49,567 nt of DNA from a virus (lineage: Duplodnaviria > Caudoviricetes). How positions within the stretch are numbered: the stretch's first letter is position 1; the number at the start of each line of letters is the position of its first letter. This document shows, in pieces, positions 16,568-26,056 of this stretch. The stretch spans positions 1 to 49,567 of IMG/VR virus record IMGVR_UViG_3300044788_000046. The stretch is one strand, 5' to 3'. Position numbers and translations under genes: made by a program. The notes under the pieces are model-generated. The model did not search any database and had not been told where the DNA came from. It worked only from the letters and a program-made list of their open reading frames with translations.

Positions 16568-16990
16568 TTATAGTCCCTTCTTCAAGTGAGCGTCACAGCG
16601 GGCGCAGATTGGCGGCGCCGAGCACACGAGCGGTTCGAGGCTTGGCTGGCAATTGCACCACCAGCACGAGCCCGGATCGGTAGGCTCGGGCCACGGGGCG
16701 GGCTTCTCTTCGCGCCGGTAGCGGTTGAGATAGCCGCGGTGCCCGTTGTCTCGGTTCACGACGTCGAGCGCGTCGGTGTTCGGGACCTCGCCGCACGTGA
16801 CGCACCGCGGCGGCGCGGTCGGGTCCATCGCGAGGCCCTCGCCGTCGACCGCATACGCGGCGAGTGGCTCGACGCCCGGGCGGAAGTCGCCGACGAGCGC
16901 GGCCCGCTGGTACCACGCGACGTGTTCGGCTCCGTCGACGATATGGCGCACTTCCCACGGCAACCCGTCGAGCACGTTGGGTTCGCTCAT
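16568..16990 (-). CDS. Cys-rich tail-module protein
   Basis: CVTC, CWWC, CARC; ATG 16990 overlaps upstream stop. Confidence 0.65.
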   Translation of the reverse strand: MSEPNVLDGLPWEVRHIVDGAEHVAWYQRAALVGDFRPGVEPLAAYAVDGEGLAMDPTAPPRCVTCGEVPNTDALDVVNRDNGHRGYLNRYRREEKPAPWPEPTDPGSCWWCNCQPSLEPLVCSAPPICARCDAHLKKGL

Positions 16991-18543
16991 AGCCCGAGCA
17001 CCGTGTTGGTCCCCAAGGCCGACCCGCCCTCTTCCAACACCCAATAGTCGGTCACGTCGACCATTGGCGACAGGCCCCACGTGCAGTAAATGAGCTTGTT
17101 CCGAAACACGAGGTAGACGAACATAATCCGAAACAGTTTGTTGACCCCCGTGGTCGTCTCCGCGATCGTCACAACGTCCCCAGGCTCGCGCGCGAGCGCG
17201 TGCAGCATGTGAGTCGACGAGTAGTTTGCCAGGAACGTGACGGACGGAACAATGGTGGCCGAATCCTTGAAGTAGGGGAGCAGGTAGACGCCGACGCCCT
17301 TTCCGAACGATGGATCACCTTGATAGGCGAGGTCGAGGTCGATCGGATTCTCACCATATGTCGTGACGCTCGCTGCGTCGCGTTGCTCTACGGTGACGGG
17401 GTCATAGTCGTAAATTCCAAACCCGCGAGCCTGAGCCCAAAAGAAGCCCGACACCGTGGCAGATACCACGTACCTGACGCCCTCGGAGCCCGGGCTCGGC
17501 GTCATCGTGAGATTGGCGCTTAGGTCCGTACCGAGCCCATCCGCCGCACTGTTGAAATAGTAATCCGTACCGTTGACCATCGCGGGCTGTCCGGCGGCGC
17601 CATACATGTTGTAGCCGCTCACTGATGCCGCTTGCTGCGCCGGGTCGCTGTATTGCCCCAGGACCGTGATTGAAGCCGCGCCGCCCTCGACGTTCACGGC
17701 CTGAGGCATCGCATATAACACAACGGGATCGCTCGACGTTGGGTCCACGCGCGCACCGTGGGTCTGCATCCGGAACACGTTGAGCACCGATTCGCGCGAC
17801 ACCTCGGCGCCCATGTCCCGCATGGTATCGGTGAGGGTTACTTGGCTCACGTTGTACGGGGACTGCACGAGCTGAGCGCGTGACAGGAACGTGAACGTCC
17901 CCGCGGTGCCGGCCGAGGTTCCGCCGCGCATCACGATCAGGCCCAACTCCGACATGGCGACCCGCTGACACTCAGAAATCGCGGAGTATCGCTCGTCCCT
18001 CTTCGCCGCCGGCGCGTAGGCGTAGGCGTCGGACCCATTGCCGTAGCTTGTCGCGTTCGGTTGCTTCGGCACGGCCGCGACGATCGCTTGCAGGACCGCC
18101 TTTGCGTCGGTGCCAAGGGCCGCAGGGACACCCGAAATGAGGTAACGGCTCGCCTCGCTCATCCAATCCACAGCCACGCACTGAGCGACGCGCCCGATTC
18201 GGCCCGCCACGGGCGCGACCTTGTCCAACGTCCCATAGAATTTGTAGTAAGTCACGCCGCCAGAGACGACAGAGAGCCTAACCTTCATTCCGAGCGCAAA
18301 GCCTGGTCGCTTGCTCGCGTGATTCGGCGAGTAGTAGCCGACGACGCTTCCGCTGTTCGCAACGTTTTCGAGCGCAAAGCTCAGCGTGCCGGGGGCGGCC
18401 ACGCGATCCGTCGGGCCGCCGCCTGGGATGCCGTAGCTTAGGCGGATGTCGTTCCCGGCCATGCGAACATCTGAGAGGTTCGCGACGAAGCCCGCCCCGA
18501 AATCCATCTCCAAAGACATCGAGGTATAGGCGACGTAAGCCAC
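16987..18543 (-). CDS. minor tail / tail-tip hub protein
   Basis: Follows tape measure; GTLSFALEN..GYYSP, D..SV..YG motifs. Confidence 0.8.
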   Translation of the reverse strand: MAYVAYTSMSLEMDFGAGFVANLSDVRMAGNDIRLSYGIPGGGPTDRVAAPGTLSFALENVANSGSVVGYYSPNHASKRPGFALGMKVRLSVVSGGVTYYKFYGTLDKVAPVAGRIGRVAQCVAVDWMSEASRYLISGVPAALGTDAKAVLQAIVAAVPKQPNATSYGNGSDAYAYAPAAKRDERYSAISECQRVAMSELGLIVMRGGTSAGTAGTFTFLSRAQLVQSPYNVSQVTLTDTMRDMGAEVSRESVLNVFRMQTHGARVDPTSSDPVVLYAMPQAVNVEGGAASITVLGQYSDPAQQAASVSGYNMYGAAGQPAMVNGTDYYFNSAADGLGTDLSANLTMTPSPGSEGVRYVVSATVSGFFWAQARGFGIYDYDPVTVEQRDAASVTTYGENPIDLDLAYQGDPSFGKGVGVYLLPYFKDSATIVPSVTFLANYSSTHMLHALAREPGDVVTIAETTTGVNKLFRIMFVYLVFRNKLIYCTWGLSPMVDVTDYWVLEEGGSALGTNTVLGL

Positions 18544-18545
18544 CG

Positions 18546-21143
18546 CTACCGCGAGCCCGTCTGTACCGCGTGAAGCACGGCGCGGGCGACGGCGTCGGGG
18601 AACTCGCGGCGCAGGCCCTCGATCGAGTTGAGCAACGCTTCGGACGAGACGCCGCCGCGCACGTTCTCGCTCGCGGGGATGACCGCCTCGCCCTGGTGAA
18701 GCACCGCGAGGCCCGTACGCGGGACGTAGGGCGTGCCCGACGCATAGCGTGGCGCGTCCGAGCCGTTCTCCCCGCTGTTCGGCCGTCCCGGGTCGTCGTA
18801 GACGATCGGCTGATGGATTGGCGGCAGGTTGCGCGGGATGCCCCCGGTGAGTGCGGCCACGAGCTGTTTGATCTGGTCGACGACCTGGGCGAGGCCCTCG
18901 CTCAAGGTTTGCGTGAACGAAAGCGCGTCATACTCGGCCTCAGTGAAAGCGTCGCCGTTCTCGTGGACGAGCTTTCCCTGTTCATACAGCGCGGTTATCG
19001 TCTTGTGCATCGCCTCTGGAATGGCGACGCCGGACTTGACCGCGGTGTCGACGTACGTCGAGAAATTCGGCCCCATCTTGGAAATGACGGTGTTGACGTC
19101 GATGCCCGAGGTCGTGAGAAGCTCGTATTCTTTGATGAGTTGGCCCGCCTGTTTGTCGAGTTCTTGCTGTTTCCACTTCGGCCCAAGCTCGTCGACGGTG
19201 AACCCGTATTTTTCGACGGCCGCGTTGAGGTCCTCTTGAGCCTTCCCCTGCATGTCGAGGAGCCCTTGCGTCTCTCCCACAAGGGCGTTGAACTCGGCGA
19301 CCGTCTTGGCGTCGAAAATCTTTTTGACCATGCCAGACTGGCCGGACTTGTCGAGCTGGGCCGCGAGCTTTTCGAAGCCACCATGAGCCTCAAAAAAGGC
19401 GTCCCGCATTTGGTTGACTTGCTTGATCTCTTTATTCCCGAACAGTCCTCCGATCCAACCACCGACCTTCCCCGCAAGGCTTCCGAGCACTGACCCAATG
19501 AGCGCGCCCAGGCCCGGGAGCACCGACGACAGGGCCCCGCCCAACGTCTTCCCGAGCGTGTCGGATAGCGTCTTGCCTACGGCCTTCGATGTCCACTCGC
19601 CGACTGCCCCGCCCAGGGACGAGCCCACGGCCTTACCAATGTCACCGCCGCCCTGGATCGCGCCGAGGATCACGTTCCCGAGGCCCGCTAGCGCCGTCTT
19701 CATCGATGCCCCAAACGACCCCACGGCCTTCCCGGCGTGAAGAAATGCGTCGGCCTGCTCTTGCGTGATCTGTTTCGCTTTGACCATGTCCGCGACGACT
19801 TCTTTCGTCACGCGGGACAGGCCCTCATCGGCCTTCGTTTTGTTGATCGTCTCGTAAACGTTCTGACGGATGCCCTCGATGAGCGGGACTTGTTGCTTCG
19901 TCACGATCTCGGTTTGTTGCCCGAGGTCGCGCATGCTCGACACCACGAGGCCGCCCGCGTCGCGGAGATGCTCGAAGCCGGACGCCATGAGAGCCACCCG
20001 CTTTTCGGCCTCGACGATCGCCGCGCCCTGTTTGATGAGTTCTTCCGTATGCTTTCGCGCGGCGTCCTCGGCCTGCTTCTGCGCCTTGGCCGCGTCCTCG
20101 CCGAACTTCTCCGCGTTCGCCGCTAGGTCCGCAAACTTCGCGTCGAGCGACGGCGGCACGATCTTCTCGGGGTCCCACGTAGGCGTCTTAAACTGCGGAT
20201 CGCCGGCGATGAGTTGCATGGCCCGATGGAGCATCCCCAGCTCAGGAACCGCCTTTTCGGTGAGCACAATGAGCGCGGAAAACCAATCCTTGATAAACCC
20301 GCCATTGTCGCGGACGGTGGCCGCGAGACCTCCGACCGCTGCCGCGAGGTCTTTGACGAATCCCAATATCTCCGGGGACCGGGCCACAGTCGCCACGAGT
20401 TGCGTCGTCAGGTTCTCCCATGCCTTCTGCGCCTCGCCTGTGGCGTCGCCCAGGTTGTCGAGGTCTTTGACTTGCTGGTTTGACAACTCGCCGAAATCCT
20501 CAACCGGCTTGATACCCTCGCGGATCACACGGAGCATTTCGCCCGAGCGGTCGCCGAGGAGTTTCATGGTAGCCGCGGCCTGCTGGCCCGGGTCGTCCAT
20601 GTCGCCGATCGCCTTAGCGATCTCTTCAAAGGCTTGTTCGGGCTTCAGGCCCTTGAGGTGCTCCACCGAAAAGCCGAGCGACTCGAACGCCTTTGGCGTC
20701 AGCTCAAGGCGGCGGGAAAGGTTCAACGCGCCGCGGGCCATCGTTTCGAGCGACACGCCCGCCGGTGCCCCGAGCCGCTCCAAGCGTTGCAAGCCCTCGG
20801 CCGACACCCCTGTGGTCGTCGCAAGGTTCGAGAGCTTGTCGGCGGCGTCGAGGGCGTGACTCGTCCATGCGGCGATAGCCGCGGGTATCGACTGAAGCGC
20901 ACCAAGGAACATCTCGGCGCTCTTCGTCGCCAGTGAAAAGCCGGCGCCGATTCCGACACCGCTCAAGAGCGACTGACCGAACGAAGAGAAGAAGCCCTCC
21001 GTCTTTTTCACGCCCTCACCCGTCTTGTCCGCCGCCTTTTGGATCGCGTCAAAGTCTTTCTCGGCAGACGCCACGGCGGCATTGAACTGGTCAAGGTTCA
21101 TCCGAAGAGACGTGATCAGCTCTCCGACCGTCTGTTGTGCCAC
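18546..21143 (-). CDS. tape measure protein
   Basis: About 865 aa, helical and A/G-rich; C-terminal YASGT.YVP.TGLA.LH.GEAVIP; follows the chaperone pair (start 21143 or 21158). Confidence 0.9.
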   Translation of the reverse strand: MAQQTVGELITSLRMNLDQFNAAVASAEKDFDAIQKAADKTGEGVKKTEGFFSSFGQSLLSGVGIGAGFSLATKSAEMFLGALQSIPAAIAAWTSHALDAADKLSNLATTTGVSAEGLQRLERLGAPAGVSLETMARGALNLSRRLELTPKAFESLGFSVEHLKGLKPEQAFEEIAKAIGDMDDPGQQAAATMKLLGDRSGEMLRVIREGIKPVEDFGELSNQQVKDLDNLGDATGEAQKAWENLTTQLVATVARSPEILGFVKDLAAAVGGLAATVRDNGGFIKDWFSALIVLTEKAVPELGMLHRAMQLIAGDPQFKTPTWDPEKIVPPSLDAKFADLAANAEKFGEDAAKAQKQAEDAARKHTEELIKQGAAIVEAEKRVALMASGFEHLRDAGGLVVSSMRDLGQQTEIVTKQQVPLIEGIRQNVYETINKTKADEGLSRVTKEVVADMVKAKQITQEQADAFLHAGKAVGSFGASMKTALAGLGNVILGAIQGGGDIGKAVGSSLGGAVGEWTSKAVGKTLSDTLGKTLGGALSSVLPGLGALIGSVLGSLAGKVGGWIGGLFGNKEIKQVNQMRDAFFEAHGGFEKLAAQLDKSGQSGMVKKIFDAKTVAEFNALVGETQGLLDMQGKAQEDLNAAVEKYGFTVDELGPKWKQQELDKQAGQLIKEYELLTTSGIDVNTVISKMGPNFSTYVDTAVKSGVAIPEAMHKTITALYEQGKLVHENGDAFTEAEYDALSFTQTLSEGLAQVVDQIKQLVAALTGGIPRNLPPIHQPIVYDDPGRPNSGENGSDAPRYASGTPYVPRTGLAVLHQGEAVIPASENVRGGVSSEALLNSIEGLRREFPDAVARAVLHAVQTGSR

Positions 21144-21154
21144 TAGACCCGCCC

Positions 21155-21176
21155 CCACGAGGCGTATATACGGGCC
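21155..21176 (-). promoter_or_regulatory. motif copy 3; right arm of 22-bp inverted repeat
   Basis: ggcccgtatatacgcctcgtgg on minus strand, immediately before tape measure. Confidence 0.6.
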
Positions 21177-21200
21177 CCGCGTTCGTCCTGGCGCGTCAGG

Positions 21201-21614
21201 CTAGGCAGGGTGGGGCGATCCATCGTCCGGGTCGTCTCCGATGATCTGGTAGCCGAGGGCGCGCAGCTCGTCCGCGGTCGGCATTCGCCCGAGGCCCGTC
21301 TCATCGCCCACGATTTCGGCGTCGTATTCCTGAACCTCGCGCATGATGGGATCGTCTTTCCATGCGTCGATGAGTTCTTTTTTCGCGGTCCTATGGATCG
21401 CGTGGGCCTCGGCGTAATGCAAGAGGTCAAGGGCCAAGATGTCGAGTTGTTCGGGGTCGTCATCGAGGGCGCGGGCGGCCACGGACGGGAGTGTGTGGAA
21501 CTCGCGCGCGACGGCGATAGCTCCCCACATTCTCCGCGCTTCATGGTCGTCCGCGCAGCTCGCATCGGGCCTTCCCTCTAAGAGACGATGAAGGGCGCGG
21601 CGGCGTCTTTTGGG
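21201..21614 (-). CDS. tail assembly chaperone -1 frameshift extension (gpT equivalent)
   Basis: The -1 frame from the slippery site is open (PKRRRRALHRLLEG...MWGAIAV) to the stop at 21201. Confidence 0.8.
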   Translation of the reverse strand, partial: PKRRRRALHRLLEGRPDASCADDHEARRMWGAIAVAREFHTLPSVAARALDDDPEQLDILALDLLHYAEAHAIHRTAKKELIDAWKDDPIMREVQEYDAEIVGDETGLGRMPTADELRALGYQIIGDDPDDGSPHPA

Positions 21615-22042
21615 ACGGCCGCGGCCTCGTCGGGGTCGAGAGGCGGCAATGAAAAGTCGATGATCGCCTCGTGAAGCGTGTCTTGGATCGCGGCGACGAT
21701 GTCGAGCACTTGGTCTGGCCGAAGGTTCACGCCATCGCAGTCGACCACGCCCGCTACGAGCACCGCGTCCCGGTCGTATTCGTCATAGCGATCCTTGCGG
21801 CGCTCGTCGAGCGTCTTGGCGGCCTTGGGGACGGGTGCGGCCCCCACCGGAGTCGCCCCCGCCTGAGCCTCGCGCTCGGCCTTGATCGCGCGGAAGATGT
21901 CCGCGCCCATCTCGCCCAGGCCGCGGCGGCGATCGCTTTCGATCGCGTCGGAGCACTTCCGAAGAGACGACCCGGAGAGCATGCGGATTTGGAAATGGTG
22001 CCCTTGCACCTCGACCGTCTTTTTGTTCTGACTCGCGTACAC
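21578..22042 (-). CDS. tail assembly chaperone (gpG equivalent)
   Basis: Between tail tube and tape measure; slippery heptamer near 3' end. Confidence 0.8.
   Translation of the reverse strand: MYASQNKKTVEVQGHHFQIRMLSGSSLRKCSDAIESDRRRGLGEMGADIFRAIKAEREAQAGATPVGAAPVPKAAKTLDERRKDRYDEYDRDAVLVAGVVDCDGVNLRPDQVLDIVAAIQDTLHEAIIDFSLPPLDPDEAAAVPKDAAAPFIVS
21608..21614 (-). other. programmed -1 ribosomal frameshift site C CCA AAA
   Basis: X XXY YYZ heptamer in correct phase; -1 frame joins the ORF at 21201..21530. Confidence 0.85.
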
Positions 22043-22126
22043 GTGAACACCTCGAAAGAGAGAGTTTCAAGGACGGCCCAGGCGGCGCCTCTCTCGCGCC
22101 ACCCGGGCCGCTTACGGCTTGGGGGC

Positions 22127-22558
22127 CTACGCCCAACCGGTAGGCGTGCCGGTGAAGCGGATGACCGCCTCATATTCGGAAATCTTGCCCACGGTGCCGA
22201 TCACGTCGTAGGACACGAGGCGGCATTCGGCCGTGAACGTCTTGGAGTCGCCGGGGGCGAACACGAACGACCGCGTCGCGTCCTGGGGCCCGTCGTCGGG
22301 GTCCTTGAACACGACGTGCGGGCCAGTGGTCAACGTGGTATCCCACTTTCCCTTGATGGTGATGTCGGCGATCTCGACGAGCCCAACCGGGGTGTTTTCC
22401 TTGTAGGAGACGCCAAACGGGTGCGTCTCCTCGGTGATTGACTCGACCTTCACGCCGCCGATTTCTCGGACGAAAGGCGTGATCACGCGGAGGGTTCCGC
22501 CCGGTCCGTCGTCGAACGAAATCGCGAGAGTCTGTCCGCCAAATTTGCCCGCGGCCAT
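22127..22558 (-). CDS. major tail tube protein
   Basis: 143 aa; beta-rich; E..EETHPFG..Y...TPVGL; position before chaperone; AAGGAG RBS. Confidence 0.75.
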   Translation of the reverse strand: MAAGKFGGQTLAISFDDGPGGTLRVITPFVREIGGVKVESITEETHPFGVSYKENTPVGLVEIADITIKGKWDTTLTTGPHVVFKDPDDGPQDATRSFVFAPGDSKTFTAECRLVSYDVIGTVGKISEYEAVIRFTGTPTGWA

Positions 22559-22570
22559 AGTCCTTGCTCC

Positions 22571-23575
22571 TTACGGGTTCCGAGCGAAACCCAGCATGTA
22601 CTTGAACGACGCCGGCCCGCCGGCGCCCGTGAAATCGAGATTCCCCGCGAGATAGCGGCGGCACGTGCCCGCGGCCGTCTTTCGTTCCGCTCCGCGCGTG
22701 GCCGTCGCCGCCGTCATCGCCACGAGGTCGACGAACGTGGAGTTGTCGACGGAGTGGCGAACCGTGACCAGGGCGTTCGTGTAGCCGGCGAGCGTGAGGT
22801 CGGTCCACTCGATGTAGGCGACGCCACCGTTGCTCGTGCCGGCGCGCACGAAAGATCCTCCGGTGCCGCCGGTCGTGATGTCCGTCGACACGGTGAACAC
22901 TAGGGAGCTTTGAACGCTCGCGACCGTCTGAATCGAGTTGATACTCGGAGTCGAGCCCGAATGGCCCGAGACAAGCACGGTATCGCCCGCGGTCAGGCCG
23001 TGCGGGGCCGAGCACGTGATCTGGTCATTCGTCGCCGAGGACGCGATAGGGACTACCCGCTGCGGGACGGTCGTGTGATCGACCGATGAGCCGGTTTCGG
23101 AGCCGAGCACGTCGGCGGTCTCCGTCACGGCCTGGGAATGCAGGATGACGCCCTGGTCCACCTGCCCCGTTACGAGGTGCGACATGTTCGCCCGCGTGAG
23201 CTTGCCGACCTCGGAGAGCACCTCATAGTCTGTCTGGAAGGCGCCAAAGAATCCGAAGAAAGGCTCGCCGATCACGAGGCCCGCGAAGCCGAGGCACACG
23301 ACCCGCGGCGTGGACTGCGGTCCGAGGGCCCCCGGCGTCCCCGCCTGCATGTCGTGAATGTAGCCGGTCGTCGTGTCGAAGTAGGCGCCCTCTTGCTTCG
23401 CCTCGGCTTGGAAAAGGCCCACGGGCGTGACTTCCTTTGCCGTGTCTCCCCCGCCCGTGCTGTCCTCGGTCATGGCTTCCAGCTTCATCGAGAGGGCCTT
23501 GACCTTGCTCGACAGCATGTTGTATCCGCCGACGAGCAACCAATAGGACGCCGAGCCCGCCTTGCCTGCGGCCAT
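22571..23575 (-). CDS. tail tube-like protein with added beta domains
   Basis: N-terminus resembles tube (ED.T..GD.AKE.TPVGL); inserted ITC.APHGL.AGD.V.VSG domain. Confidence 0.65.
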   Translation of the reverse strand: MAAGKAGSASYWLLVGGYNMLSSKVKALSMKLEAMTEDSTGGGDTAKEVTPVGLFQAEAKQEGAYFDTTTGYIHDMQAGTPGALGPQSTPRVVCLGFAGLVIGEPFFGFFGAFQTDYEVLSEVGKLTRANMSHLVTGQVDQGVILHSQAVTETADVLGSETGSSVDHTTVPQRVVPIASSATNDQITCSAPHGLTAGDTVLVSGHSGSTPSINSIQTVASVQSSLVFTVSTDITTGGTGGSFVRAGTSNGGVAYIEWTDLTLAGYTNALVTVRHSVDNSTFVDLVAMTAATATRGAERKTAAGTCRRYLAGNLDFTGAGGPASFKYMLGFARNP

Positions 23576-23578
23576 GCT

Positions 23579-23770
23579 TTACTCCCCGCCCTCATTGGGC
23601 TGTTGCTTCGACGTCTTGGCCCTGGTCGGCTTAGGTGCGATGTGTCCGCCGTCGAGGAGCCACGGGAGCGACTTCGGGTCCACCCGTTCGCATGTCTCGC
23701 CCTTCGCGGCCACGACCGCGCCCGCGCGGTTCGTCAGACGTTCGGTCGCCACGTAGTCGGCACCCTTCAT
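23579..23770 (-). CDS. small phage structural-region protein
   Basis: SLPWLLDGGHI motif; coupled. Confidence 0.7.
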   Translation of the reverse strand: MKGADYVATERLTNRAGAVVAAKGETCERVDPKSLPWLLDGGHIAPKPTRAKTSKQQPNEGGE

Positions 23771-24201
23771 GCGCTCACTTCCTTTGTGATCGCGAAATTG
23801 ACCGCGATGTAGACTCGGGGGTCACGCCGCATCAGAAACGGCGATTGAAGGGGCGTGATTTCGTGGTAAAACGCCGATGTCCCACCGTTCGCCGCCGCGA
23901 GCGTCGCGGCCTCGACCGTGGCGAGCCCAAGGAACGCGGCCTCGGCCTTCGCGCGCGGGCCCGTATAGGCCGCAGGCTCGCCCGGTACGGGCTTTGGCCC
24001 TCGGGCCACGACTTGGATGGACGGGTTTTCGTAGACCACGCCAGGGGTGCCGAACCCCTTCTCCGCTGGCGCGCCACCGTATTCGTAGACGGCGACGCAT
24101 TCGTCGATGGTGTCGGGCATCGAGCCGAGAAACAGGTCTACGCCCAGGGTGCCTACGTTGAGCGCGACGAGCTTGGCCGCGACCTCTTGAAGTAGGCTCA
24201 T
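23767..24201 (-). CDS. tail terminator / minor capsid-type protein
   Basis: G.DLFLG.MPD..D..VAVYEYGG, E.PSIQV..RG. Confidence 0.8.
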   Translation of the reverse strand: MSLLQEVAAKLVALNVGTLGVDLFLGSMPDTIDECVAVYEYGGAPAEKGFGTPGVVYENPSIQVVARGPKPVPGEPAAYTGPRAKAEAAFLGLATVEAATLAAANGGTSAFYHEITPLQSPFLMRRDPRVYIAVNFAITKEVSA

Positions 24202-24581
24202 CCGCGGGCCTCTTTGGCGACGCGGTTGATGTCGATGCGTTTCGCGAGACGGTCGGCCATGAACGGCCGCGACTCATTGATGGTCGATTCTAGAAACTTC
24301 GCTTGGCCGTTCGGGTGATGCGCCTCAAGGTTCTCGTGAACGACCACGGCGTAAGGTGCCGCGGGCCCGCCGACCACGATTTTGACGGAGACTTCGGGGC
24401 CGTCGTATTCGGGCGGGAGTGTCTCGTGCGAGCCCTTGAGCGCGCCGGTATCGACCGGGGTGCGCCGCATGGACTCCTTCGCCTCTATCTTCGCTTCCTG
24501 ATAGAGGGCGCGGCCTACTTCTTTCGGAGCCTCGGCCATGAGCCGGCGAAGCGTCGCCTTCAGGTCGTCCGCACCCTTCAT
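24198..24581 (-). CDS. HK97 gp10-like neck protein
   Basis: TPVDTGALKGS, PYA..VHE, GQAKFLE. Confidence 0.85.
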   Translation of the reverse strand: MKGADDLKATLRRLMAEAPKEVGRALYQEAKIEAKESMRRTPVDTGALKGSHETLPPEYDGPEVSVKIVVGGPAAPYAVVVHENLEAHHPNGQAKFLESTINESRPFMADRLAKRIDINRVAKEARG

Positions 24582-24591
24582 GTGCTCGCTA

Positions 24592-24978
24592 TCAGCCAAG
24601 GGCCACGACCAGCATATACGGCTGCCCCGAGGCCGGGTCCGCGAGGCCGGACACGTCAAGGATGGGGCCAGTGGTCCCGTCCGGTAGGACGATCACGTCG
24701 CGCGGGTCGATCGGCTCGCGGCGGCCCGCGGCTCCGTTCGGGGCGATCGGTGCCAGGAAGGTCACGGTTGCCCGTTGGAGCACCTCGTGGCCGTCCGCAC
24801 CGCGGCGAAGGCTTTGCTTCATCTCGACGAGCGCCGGCCTTGCCGTGGCCTGGGCGGGTGCCGGAGTCGCCCATTCGTCTTGACCGACCCAGGGCGTATG
24901 GAGCACGTTCGCTTGTAGGGTCGCGGTGATAGACTTCGCGGTTGCAATGCCTGACCGCACGACATCGGCGAGGGCCAC
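24592..24978 (-). CDS. head closure protein
   Basis: Position; IDPRD.IVLPDG.TGPIL. Confidence 0.7.
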   Translation of the reverse strand: MALADVVRSGIATAKSITATLQANVLHTPWVGQDEWATPAPAQATARPALVEMKQSLRRGADGHEVLQRATVTFLAPIAPNGAAGRREPIDPRDVIVLPDGTTGPILDVSGLADPASGQPYMLVVALG

Positions 24979-25215
24979 TTAGTGCCCCGCCGCCGGCGCC
25001 CCGATGGCGTCCTGAATTTCCCGCCGAAATACAGCCTGAGCGCGGAACTGAGCGTCTCTGACCTTGGCCCGGTCCTCGTGCGTTTGCGTCGTGACATGGC
25101 CGCAATCCTCCGCAGGGTCGCCGAAGGCGAAGACGAGCACACGAGGGCGCGCCTCGAGGAGGCCGCGGCAATTTTCGAGGCTCAGGAAGACGGGCCCGTC
25201 GAGTGACGCGCTCAC
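24979..25215 (-). CDS. hypothetical protein
   Basis: GTGA-coupled start; stop abuts next GTG. Confidence 0.45.
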   Translation of the reverse strand: MSASLDGPVFLSLENCRGLLEARPRVLVFAFGDPAEDCGHVTTQTHEDRAKVRDAQFRAQAVFRREIQDAIGAPAAGH

Positions 25216-25520
25216 GACGCCACCTCGGCCAGCTCGGCCACCCGCAACACTACGTGCTCGCGCACGATGCGCCGGGCCCTGTAGCGCCGCGAGGCCGTCC
25301 GCGAGGCACACGGTAGCGGGCGCGTCCTGCCCACGACACGCATCGGCCAATAGAACAGCGACGCCTGGATTTTGGCGCCTACCTCGGCGCCCTTCATCGC
25401 GGGCCAATAGTTGACGGGGACCCGGTGCGTTATGTCGAGGCCCGACCGAAGGAGGACCACCCGCGATGCCTGGGCGGTCGCACCACGCTCGAAACGGATG
25501 CGGAGATAGCGACGCTTCAT
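25212..25520 (-). CDS. basic hypothetical protein inserted in connector module
   Basis: ATGA-coupled start MKRRYLRI. Confidence 0.5.
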   Translation of the reverse strand: MKRRYLRIRFERGATAQASRVVLLRSGLDITHRVPVNYWPAMKGAEVGAKIQASLFYWPMRVVGRTRPLPCASRTASRRYRARRIVREHVVLRVAELAEVAS

Positions 25521-26047
25521 CCGCGCACCACCTCGCGCATGGCGGCGTCGCGCGAGCGCACGAAGCCCCACTCGGGCGGGAGCAACGCGGCCACGAGGTC
25601 GGCGATTGGTTGCGCGACCACGCCGGGGTCGAATTGGAGAGAGACGGGGCCAGCGGTCAAGGCGCGGAGCTTGTTCCGCTCGACGTCGTTGTCGGCCGTA
25701 CGGTCCGACACGATGAGGAGACGGGCGAGTTCTGCGGTTGCGTTCTTCAGCTCGGGCGGGATTTCCATCGAGCCGACCGCCACGAGGCCGCCGCGACGCA
25801 TGACCGAGTTGAGCGGCCACTGTAGGGCCTGTGTCGTAGTCGTGGGCGACGCGGCCCACTCGAACATGGCGTCAATCGTTCGAGTCGCCATGATGAGGGC
25901 CACCGTTTTCGTGTCGGCATCCGACCCTGTCGCCGCCCATGCGTCGCGAAACAACCGCGAATCGTGGTATGCGTCCGCCTCGGAGACAGTGGCGTAAGAA
26001 TTCGAGGAGGCCCCCGCCGGCGTCGAGACGAGGGTCGGGGTCGCCAT
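25517..26047 (-). CDS. head-tail adaptor (DnaT-like family)
   Basis: NSYATV.EADAY, ALI.ATR.ID, QALQWP, IP.ELK.A..ELA. Confidence 0.8.
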   Translation of the reverse strand: MATPTLVSTPAGASSNSYATVSEADAYHDSRLFRDAWAATGSDADTKTVALIMATRTIDAMFEWAASPTTTTQALQWPLNSVMRRGGLVAVGSMEIPPELKNATAELARLLIVSDRTADNDVERNKLRALTAGPVSLQFDPGVVAQPIADLVAALLPPEWGFVRSRDAAMREVVRG

Positions 26048-26056
26048 TCTCGAACC

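Noticed and set aside
23957-23967. gggcccgtata as a fifth motif copy
   Set aside because: Half match only, antisense to local transcription, and explained by coding sequence (AYTGPR)
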